A DNA stretch of 32,000 nucleotides from Moraxella nasovis (GCF_022701215.1 NZ_CP089976.1:660001-692000), one strand, 5' to 3'; numbered from the stretch's first letter, positions 18,240 through 25,555 are shown. Notes: generated by a model not told the origin, from the letters alone. A program made the numbers and translations.

Positions 18240-19264
18240 TTTAAAACACCTAAGTCTTTTAAGATCTTCTTCTCGGTATCTGTCAGCTGTCGCATCACAG
18301 TGCCACCAACACCAACTTGGGTAGTACCTACACCTGTTGCCACAGTCCAATACCCTTCCTTCCCTTCACCTCTAGATACACTCAAACAAGCATAATGACA
18401 ACCTTGCAAACCAAGAGATCTACCTCCAATCGCCTGATCCACTTTTGCCTCGCTACTACCCGCACCAATAACTGTTCCAACCTGAACAGAAATCCCCAAA
18501 GAAACAGGTTTTTTGAAGCCTTTAGCTTTAATATCGTCTTGGATTCTATTTACATAATCTTTTGGATTTATGGTAATTCCATATCCAGCTTGGTATTCAT
18601 CTGATTTAGGCATTCCACCAATCCAAACATTGCCATTTCTATTGTTTACAACAATGGTATATGAAAACACACCAGCACTTACCGAATATATTGTTAAATC
18701 ATGATATTTATCAGCGTATTCCCCAAAGATGTCACCAAGGGTTCTTACCTCGCAAGCATTAACATCCCCATTCCTGCACGCACGAGCATTTAAGGCTCTA
18801 CCTTTTTGCATATAGTTTGCACCTCCATTATTCTCCACCGCCACTTTCCCAACTTCACTTGCATTCACCGCTTCTGCCACATCGCCAGTCGTCGCACCAA
18901 CTCCAAGTCCTGCAAGGCTTGCAATACTACTTACCGTCTGTTTTTGTTCTGTGGTTAGCTTACTTGTGTCAGAAGTGCCAAATAGATATTGAGATAAAGG
19001 TTTGGCAGTAGCCTCAGCACCCATCGCAGACAACGCTCCAGTCGTTGGGTCGTTGCCTGTCGCATAGCTTGTGGCAGCTCCTAGTAGGGCATGGGATAAA
19101 ATGTGTGGGGCAGTACCTTCGGTGTTGTTTTGTTTAAAGTGTTGTCCGATTTGATAGGAAAGTTCTGGGCTTAATACTCTGGATATGTCGCCTGTGATGC
19201 CGTTGCCGTTAGGTGCATATAGGGCGGATGTGATGCCATAAAATAGGCGTAGGTTGTTCATCAT
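18236..19264 (-). CDS. orphan CdiA-CT module (about 145-aa pretoxin region, VENN motif, unique 196-aa C-terminal domain)
   Basis: 342 aa. ...ELSYQIGQHFKQNNTEGTAPHILSHALLGAATSYATGN...LTTEQKQTVSSIASLAGLGVGATTGDVAEAVNASEVGKVAVENN (VENN at 18827-18838), then an unrelated tail GGANYMQKGRALNARACRNGD... Confidence 0.8.
   Translation of the reverse strand: MMNNLRLFYGITSALYAPNGNGITGDISRVLSPELSYQIGQHFKQNNTEGTAPHILSHALLGAATSYATGNDPTTGALSAMGAEATAKPLSQYLFGTSDTSKLTTEQKQTVSSIASLAGLGVGATTGDVAEAVNASEVGKVAVENNGGANYMQKGRALNARACRNGDVNACEVRTLGDIFGEYADKYHDLTIYSVSAGVFSYTIVVNNRNGNVWIGGMPKSDEYQAGYGITINPKDYVNRIQDDIKAKGFKKPVSLGISVQVGTVIGAGSSEAKVDQAIGGRSLGLQGCHYACLSVSRGEGKEGYWTVATGVGTTQVGVGGTVMRQLTDTEKKILKDLGVLK
19056..19099. 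repeat. 44-bp repeat copy (partner of 17643-17686)
   Basis: Same 44-bp block. Here the homology to cdiA-type sequence continues upstream. Confidence 0.85.
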
Positions 19265-19270
19265 AAAAAT

Positions 19271-19717
19271 TTAGCTTCTTTGATTCTTGGTTAAATAGAA
19301 CAGTAAAGCCATAAAAAGCAGAGTTGATGGTATTGATACCAAAAAATAATATAACATTTCATCCATAATATCATGAGAATTTGTATTGTAGAAATGAAAA
19401 CTGGGAAACTTTAAAATCATAAAACCATAAATTATTATCAATAAAAATGATATCAAATTTTTTAATGATTTATTCCTTACCCACCACTGAATAAAACATA
19501 CAAGCAACAAGACTGGGGAAAAAAATATAGTGGCAATAAAATCAAGGAAAAACGGTGCCATTGCTATTATCTTAATTGATTCAATAAAGCTAGGAGCGAT
19601 GCCATCTCCTCCAATCTCTATAGATATTACCAGTATCAAAAAAATAAAGTAAGATACAATATAAAATGATAAAAAAACCAAAAATAGTGTCTTAAAAAAT
19701 AAAGCCTCCGTTCTCAT
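19271..19717 (-). CDS. polytopic membrane protein, putative immunity protein for the truncated cdiA toxin
   Basis: 148 aa, almost entirely hydrophobic helices (4-5 predicted by eye). AAGGG RBS. Very AT-rich. It is the first sizeable ORF downstream of the 19956 toxin stop. Confidence 0.55.
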   Translation of the reverse strand: MRTEALFFKTLFLVFLSFYIVSYFIFLILVISIEIGGDGIAPSFIESIKIIAMAPFFLDFIATIFFSPVLLLVCFIQWWVRNKSLKNLISFLLIIIYGFMILKFPSFHFYNTNSHDIMDEMLYYFLVSIPSTLLFMALLFYLTKNQRS

Positions 19718-19754
19718 GGCTTATACCCTTGTTCTTAAATGCTAATCCGCCCCA

Positions 19755-19871
19755 TTATACACCCATACCCATCTTGAAAACTATGTATGCACCATATAGC
19801 AAATATAATATTAGGAAAACTAACGATGTAATTGTCATAAAGAATATCATGTTGTACAACTTTTTATCCAT
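19755..19871 (-). CDS. possible 38-aa hydrophobic peptide
   Basis: MDKKLYNMIFFMTITSLVFLILYLLYGAYIVFKMGMGV lies between the toxin stop and the 19717 start. The RBS is weak and the ORF is below the track cutoff. Confidence 0.2.
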   Translation of the reverse strand: MDKKLYNMIFFMTITSLVFLILYLLYGAYIVFKMGMGV

Positions 19872-19955
19872 CAATGATTTTTATACCTTTGCACAGCGAT
19901 GAATATTAATATATAAAAGAGAATATAGCTACGATAAAAAGTAGATAACTATTCA

Positions 19956-21842
19956 CTATTTCTTCTCCTTTTCAAAGCTATCTAATGCTTTATCAACTAT
20001 ATTTTGGGTCGCATTGTTAGCAATACTTCCTTTCACCTCTAGAATAGGTGGCAACTCTCCAAAAATAACTTTACTTGGCATTGAGCCAATCTGTCTAATT
20101 GGCACATTTCGTCTACTTTCTAATGAAGTTATATCTCCCTTTCCACTACCAAAGTCAATATAGGGATCTACGTCATAATCCTTATGTCCGATTTTTTCAG
20201 TTCTGGGAGCGTAATAATTGTAGCTACCGGCATTTGTTGGATTATTGACTATTCTGCTATAATCATCAGGACTTAATATTCCATCTTTAGTATCGATCAC
20301 TATTTCTAACCGTCCATTATTATGAACAAATTTCTTATAACGATAATGTCCATTAGGTAATTTATTTGGAATACCATTTGCATCAAAATTATGAAAAATA
20401 TTTTCTTCATCAAGCATTGGTTTCCAATTATTCATGTTGCCATTCGTATTATCTTGTAAAAATAAACTATTTGCCTCAGCATTCCATCGTTGTCTTTGAG
20501 TCACATGCAAATAATAGAATTGTTGACAACCTTTGCCAGCACGACAATTATCATACGCTGCATTAAAATCCTTATCTCTTTTTTCACCAAGATTGTCAAA
20601 CTCTTTTATTTGGTAATCAAGTCTATCAAGTTTTGACTTACAATCAGAGTCAATCAAACAACTAAGTCTAGTTGAATACCTGCTAAGAAGTCTTTGTTTT
20701 TCCTGTTGCAACTTAGCTAATTTGGCATTCTCAATATGATTCAAATAATTATTCTCCGTCTGATTAACGCTATTGGCCACACTTGCGGTGTTATCGCCAA
20801 TAGCACCACCAATACCTGCTGATAGTGTAAGTAAGACTGTATCTCGAGTTTGTTTATCATAACCTTGTTGTTCTAGGTATTTATCAACTTTTGGAATAAC
20901 AATCGCTGTTCCACCGCCTGCAACTGTCCCTTCAATTGAACCTGTGGCTAAAGCACTAGATAATGTATGAAGTGCGACACGGTAGATACCGCCCTCTGCC
21001 CATTTTTCGGCTTCATCAATATTACCTTTGTTGATTAGCTCAAGCTATTTATTACTTGCATAATCCCCAATCGCTTTTGGCATTTCTTTACCATATTCTT
21101 GGGTGATGGCTATCTGAGCATCAATCTCTTGATTGACCCTATCCTTATCAAAGTTATTGACCAGTGTTTCATTGAGTGTACTTACATTATTGGTGGTTAT
21201 CTCAAACTTACCTGCCATACCTGTTACTGCACCATAGGTGGTGGAAGTTTGGTTGTCGCCGTCTTTGCCATAACCTATGCCACTGATTTTAGGTTTTTGA
21301 CCTGCTTTGGTAGAAATACCGACATTAATGTCATCGGCTTTATAATTGCTGTGGTTTTGAATATCGCTGACTTGTAAACCACCATTAAACTGGGTTTGAT
21401 TATCTTTTTGGGTAGCTGTGGTAAAGTAAGCTCCTTTGAATGTGCTTTTACCATGGACAATAACATCAGACTTTTGGTAGGCAAATCCTGTTTGTTCGGT
21501 TACTGCTTTATAATCGGCATTTGCTTTGGTGCGACCACCATTGACTGCAATACTTGAGCCTGCACCTTGTTTGGCTAAATCGATATCCACATTAAAACCA
21601 GCACTGCTTTGTCTGCCCTCATAGGTTTTGGTATCTTGACGGCTGGTGGCATGAATACCTCCGCTGATATGCCCTGTCATGTGCTTGCCTTTTTCTATGG
21701 CACCATCTAGGATATAATCACCACCCACATTTTGATAAGTCGTTCCTGCTACTGTGATGTGGCTGTTAGTATTAGTGATGGTGGTGGTTCTTCCATGTCC
21801 TTTTGCCATAGATTTCAAAATGATGGAAATGGTAATTTTCAT
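19956..21842 (-). pseudogene. cdiA: 5'-truncated cdiA/FHA-family exoprotein 3' end with its own CT toxin, interrupted by an in-frame TAG
   Basis: ORFs 21045..21842 and 19956..20780 are in the same frame. The read-through is ...NNFDKDRVNQEIDAQIAITQEYGKEMPKAIGDYASNK*LELINKGNIDEAEKWAEGGIYRVALHTLSSALATGS...ASVANSVNQTENNYLN (TAG at 21045-21047, TENN at 20748-20759). The upstream part is FHA-2-like (TTTITNTNSHITVAGTTYQNVGGDYILDG...). FHA-like sequence stops near 21800-21812. Confidence 0.8.
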
Positions 21843-21929
21843 TGGAATGGCTCTACTAATGGAAAAACATCAAAAGGAGAATCAAGATCTATTAAAATCA
21901 CAGATGTCCCCAATGAATTAAAAAGGTAG
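21806..21929 (+). pseudogene. 3' tail of an unidentified toxin gene (remnant)
   Basis: The plus frame ...RFQNDGNGNFHWNGSTNGKTSKGESRSIKITDVPNELKR* ends 6 nt before the next ORF start. Sequence upstream of about 21806 is antisense to the cdiA fragment, so only a tail survives. Confidence 0.35.
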
Positions 21930-21935
21930 TTAAAT

Positions 21936-22397
21936 ATGAAGTTAATAGGAAATAAAGATATTTATCTTGAAGTAGATATTGTTACATATTGTAATAATAT
22001 GGCTCATCTTGTTCTGATAATAGGTAATACAAGAATTGGAACATTGGATTCTCCAACTTATATTCCTAGCTTTATCGCTTCATTAGAAAGTTTATTATTG
22101 GAAAATGTTTATTTTTATGAGAATATGAATATTGATGTATTTACCAAAATGGCATTGGGTGGTGAATTAGAAAATAAAAATGCGTTTACTTTAGAAGATA
22201 CATTCGATGATTTTATGAAGCGATGTATTAGAAGTAAAGACAATTTATATTTTTATTTTAAACTATACACAGATCATTTTTTTGAATATAAAAATATCGA
22301 TGTTAATGTGCCTATTATTAAAATAATTAGTGTAAAAAACTTTGATTTATTTTTAAGTGATATCAAATATTTTTTTAATAATATTAATATGTATTAA
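21936..22397 (+). CDS. hypothetical protein, putative immunity protein
   Basis: 153 aa, soluble and very AT-rich. It starts 6 nt after the toxin-tail stop. No recognisable motif. Confidence 0.5.
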   Translation: MKLIGNKDIYLEVDIVTYCNNMAHLVLIIGNTRIGTLDSPTYIPSFIASLESLLLENVYFYENMNIDVFTKMALGGELENKNAFTLEDTFDDFMKRCIRSKDNLYFYFKLYTDHFFEYKNIDVNVPIIKIISVKNFDLFLSDIKYFFNNINMY

Positions 22398-22810
22398 TCA
22401 ACACTACCTATAACTTTGAAGTACAAGACCTCCACACCTACCATATCGGTAAGTATGGAGTGTGGGTGCATAATGATTGTTGGAATAATCTCCCAAATGG
22501 TGCAGTAGCAACAGGAAAAACTACGATTGATGGACGAAAACTTTATACTTTTAAAGACGATAAAGACAAACAAGTTACAGTTTATCAGGGTTCTGATGGT
22601 CGTTAGTACGATCCCAAACTTCATTCCCCAACTCAGCCTACTGCTACTGGGGTTAAGGCTGTTGATTACATACCATCATTACATGAGTACAACCAAAAAG
22701 TTAATGGTCCTGGTTTGTCAAGAGATAAGAAAATTTCATATATCAAAGACACATTATCTAAGATCGCTCAACGAAATGGATGGATTAAGGATAATACTCT
22801 ATCCAAATAA
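22388..22810 (+). pseudogene. PT-HINT C-terminal remnant plus toxin domain, with an in-frame TAG
   Basis: Plus-strand frame with codons starting at 22388, 22391 and so on: YVLINTTYNFEVQDLHTYHIGKYGVWVHNDCWNNLPNG...VTVYQGSDGR*YDPKLHSPTQPTATG...IAQRNGWIKDNTLSK*. YNFEVxDxHTYxxGxxGVWVHN is the classic Hint/PT-HINT C-terminal block. TAG at 22604-22606. There is no start codon, and the 5' end overlaps the preceding stop. Confidence 0.7.
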
Positions 22811-22827
22811 ATGACTTTATACTAACA

Positions 22828-23250
22828 GTGGCCTGGAAAAGCCTTCCCTATCAGAAATATATACCCGGAATGGGGAATTATGATATTAAAGAAGCTCATG
22901 GAAATGGAACCACTTATGCGGATGGGACTAGAAAGGCTTATGATGGATATTTATTTCATGGGAAATATGTAACTTTAAGAGAAGGTGGAAATATTCTAGC
23001 AGGGATGAATGCTGCTACTTTAGGTATACCTTATGAGGATTTTCAAAAGGCTAGTGGTGCATTGCATGTTGGTGGTATAGCTGGATTAATGAATCATTTA
23101 ACTACAGGTAAAGTTTATGGTAATTACCCCAGATATGGCGAAATAGATTACCAATACCTAAGAAGTAGGTATGGATATAATTTAGGAATAAAAAGGATAG
23201 AATGCAATATTGATAATGCAAAACTTGGTTCTGATTGCCAAACAAAATAA
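22828..23250 (+). CDS. stand-alone toxin domain, toxin-44 (Ntox44)-like
   Basis: 140 aa from a GTG. LREGGNILAGMNAATLGIPYEDFQKASGALH...YGEIDYQYLRSRYGYNLG resembles my recollection of the GN..AG..AA..G / GE..YQ...GY..G pattern of polymorphic toxin type 44. No delivery or pretoxin region. The family assignment needs an HMM search. Confidence 0.45.
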   Translation: MAWKSLPYQKYIPGMGNYDIKEAHGNGTTYADGTRKAYDGYLFHGKYVTLREGGNILAGMNAATLGIPYEDFQKASGALHVGGIAGLMNHLTTGKVYGNYPRYGEIDYQYLRSRYGYNLGIKRIECNIDNAKLGSDCQTK

Positions 23251-23260
23251 GGAGCTATTA

Positions 23261-23671
23261 ATGAGTTTTTTTAGATATATAATAATATTTTATTTTAAAA
23301 TAATTATTTTATTGTTGTCTTTAATTATTTTATTATATCTATTTATAGCAAAAGAAAAAGCATATTATTATTGTGATGATATTTGTATAACTATAATACA
23401 ACATAATGCAGGTAGAGATACTTTTTTTAGAGTGTATGATGGTATTTTGTTGAGTAGGTACGCTTATCTTATTTATTCTTATGCTGAATATCCAAATGAA
23501 ACATACATATATATAAAAAACAAGAAAATTGATGGAAAGATAATTGTAGAAAACTTTACCATGCCAGTTAAATATAAAGGAAAACTAAATAACGCAAACT
23601 TTTATTTATCATCTTATGAGAGTAGCGAAATAAAATTCACAGAGTTAAAATATTTATATTTATTCTTCTAA
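23261..23671 (+). CDS. membrane-anchored protein, putative immunity protein
   Basis: The ATG at 23261 lies 6 nt after an AAGGAG that overlaps the toxin stop. MSFFRYIIIFYFKIIILLLSLIILLYLFIA is a TM anchor, followed by a soluble domain. Extremely AT-rich. Confidence 0.6.
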   Translation: MSFFRYIIIFYFKIIILLLSLIILLYLFIAKEKAYYYCDDICITIIQHNAGRDTFFRVYDGILLSRYAYLIYSYAEYPNETYIYIKNKKIDGKIIVENFTMPVKYKGKLNNANFYLSSYESSEIKFTELKYLYLFF

Positions 23672-23701
23672 TACCTCATTCTCAACTTGTATGATAGATA
23701 A

Positions 23702-24261
23702 GCCTCAAAGCATGATGGTAGGGGTATTTTTTTATCAAACAGTCTTGCTCAAACGTCGTTGCCAACTCAATGGCACACTGCCTTTTCTTCTCTTGTGTCT
23801 AAGGCTGGTGTCACACTCATCGCCAACATCGCCCATAAGCTTAGTGCAGGATTAACAGGCTGTCTGTCTGCCAAAGTCAAAGATAGTTCTTGCAAAGCTG
23901 GGGCAGTTGGCTCTATCATAGGAGAGATGGTAGGCGATTGGATGACCAATGGACATAAGATCACCCTGCCTAATGGCGGTGGTTAATAATGCTGTCAATA
24001 AAGAATTGGTTGGGATGGCAGAAGATTTTGAAGGCTTGCTAAACAGCTCTATACGTAAAGTTGGATTACTTCGTGGTGATGACGCACATGCCTACCTTTT
24101 ATCCTTGAATGAAAAAAATTTGATGTTGGAGCCAACGCAAACGGGCTACTTCAATAATAAAAAATCTAGATATATTTACACAGAACAGGGTGGATGGATA
24201 GATATGGTTCATTTCTTGTTTTACGCTAGTGAAGCATATAACTATAAAATGCAAATGATAA
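23702..24261 (+). pseudogene. orphan toxin module, 5' part (pretoxin fragment, frameshift, toxin domain) cut by IS982
   Basis: The frame opening at 23702 reads ...NSLAQTSLPTQWHTAFSSLVSKAGVTLIANIAHKLSAGLTGCLSAKVKDSSCKAGAVGSIIGEMVGDWM, the Cys-x-Cys / GxxVGExVG pretoxin pattern of CdiA/MafB-type proteins. It shifts frame near 23975 into VVNNAVNKELVGMAEDF...GGWIDMVHFLFYASEAYNYKMQMI. Confidence 0.6.
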
Positions 24262-25241
24262 ACCCCACTCTCAACTTAAAATCATCTCAAATTGTAGTGG
24301 CGGATTACCAAGTTGTTTATTAATCTGCACACAAAAAGTATGAGCAAGTAGCTTTCTAACAAAACGACAAGACAAGTGGTATATGTCTTTTGCTTTTACC
24401 TTTTGTATGTTAAACCTATCTGACAGTTGAGAGATGGTAGTCTCTATGGTCTTTTTTTTCTTTTTAAGGTAAGACAAAAAGCCCTTATCTTTATCATCTG
24501 TCATATTATCCCTAAGGGGAGTTTGCAAATCAATGGCATATCTTTTTAACCCATCTTGTCAATCTTTGGATAAACAACCCTTATCACCAAACACCTGACC
24601 TTGTAGGTTATCTGTTAGCTCAAATACCACTTGTCTGTCATCTACGTTTGCCCCTGTTAGCGTGTAGCTTATCACTTGTCCTTGTGTGTTGGTCAGTAGA
24701 TGTGCCTTAAAGCCAAAGTAATGCTCATCTTGACTGGCACAGTAGCCAAAAGCAACCATGCCATTAAAGTTCTTGTGTCGTCTTGCTCTACCATAGCGAC
24801 ATACAGATATAGGAAAGCTATCTATCAAATCAGGCGATGAGTTTTGACTGGCTTTATTTTGTATGGCAAGTGCATTCATCATCTTGTTTGTTACCCAATA
24901 CAAATTGGCACAGTGTTTGGCAAAGTTGGGGTATGAGCCAATTTTGGGAAAGTGGTGTGTGTAGTGGTTTTTAAAGTAAGACCACATTTGCCTGTCTGTA
25001 TCTACACCTAAACACTCTGCCACAATCTGCATAGTAATCACTTCACTATCAGACAAGGCAGGGGGAAAGCCACGAGTTCTGATAGGAGTTGTTACAATAC
25101 TTTTATATAAAACATCTACCATAAGGCACACGGTAATGATAAAATCATCATAAGACATAACTTGCTCCGTTTTTGTGCTAAAAATAGGATTGGGTTATGT
25201 CTTTTTTATTTTAAGGTTGTTGGGAAAGTTGAGATTGGGGT
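24262..25241 (-). mobile_element. IS982-family insertion sequence (980 bp)
   Basis: Inverted repeats ACCCCACTCTCAACTT (24262-24277) and ACCCCAATCTCAACTT (reverse complement of 25226-25241). They are flanked by a 3-bp direct repeat TAA (24259-24261 and 25242-25244). Confidence 0.85.
24271..25158 (-). pseudogene. IS982-family transposase with an in-frame TGA
   Basis: ORFs 24559..25158 and 24271..24528 share one frame: ...QVFGDKGCLSKD*QDGLKRYAIDLQTPLRDNMTDDKDKG...IETTISQL... TGA at 24559-24561. The family is recognised from the GDKGY-like, DLxTPxR and IETxxSQL motifs. Confidence 0.8.
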
Positions 25242-25244
25242 TAA

Positions 25245-25555
25245 AACAAGATTTTAGCTACTGCCCATCTTGGCTTAATCCCAAACAAACCCACAAAACC
25301 AAACATCATCACAGTATCTATTTAGGAATGGATGCTGGCTTTGTGAAAAACAAAAATCACGAACAAGATAAACTACTACTTGGTCATAGCCTAGTTGGCG
25401 CTGCTATAGGCATTAAAGGACAAATCACCCCAACTACCAATCATCCTTACGCCAGTTTCAACTATGGCCTGTTCACCGCCAAAGCCATTCATGAGCCAAA
25501 TCATTTCTCAGATAAAGATTGGGTGAGTGGATTTAGTGTTGGTATGGGGTTTTAG
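25245..25555 (+). pseudogene. orphan toxin module, 3' part downstream of the IS982 insertion
   Basis: Deleting the IS and one TAA copy joins ...YNYKMQMI to KQDFSYCPSWLNPKQTH...SGFSVGMGF* in frame. Track ORF 25175..25555 starts artificially inside the IS. Confidence 0.55.

Noticed and set aside
17733-18350. The long 205-aa version of the immunity ORF starting at 18350.
   Set aside because: The first 37 codons (MDCGNRCRYYPSWCWWHCD...) overlap the toxin 3' end in another frame and look like noise. The ATG at 18239 gives a proper signal-anchor N-terminus and an ATGA overlap with the toxin stop.
21732-22814. Track ORFs 21732..21929(+) at full length, 22394..22624(-) and 22527..22814(+).
   Set aside because: The first is partly antisense to the cdiA fragment, and only its last roughly 40 codons look genuine. 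The other two are alternate frames of the region whose plus-strand frame (codons starting at 22388, 22391 and so on) carries the clear Hint C-terminal block.
21045-24561. Stop-codon recoding (pyrrolysine, selenocysteine or a suppressor tRNA) as the explanation for the in-frame TAG/TAG/TGA.
   Set aside because: Three different stop codons are involved, counting the TAA in the ahpF relic. Well-supported genes in the window terminate at TAG (pepD, oxyR) and TGA (the VENN toxin). No SECIS-like or Pyl machinery is evident. Ordinary nonsense mutations are the simpler reading.
25175-25243. The N-terminal part of track ORF 25175..25555 as a genuine start.
   Set aside because: It lies inside the IS982 terminal region. 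The genuine coding sequence begins at the insertion site and continues the upstream interrupted ORF.
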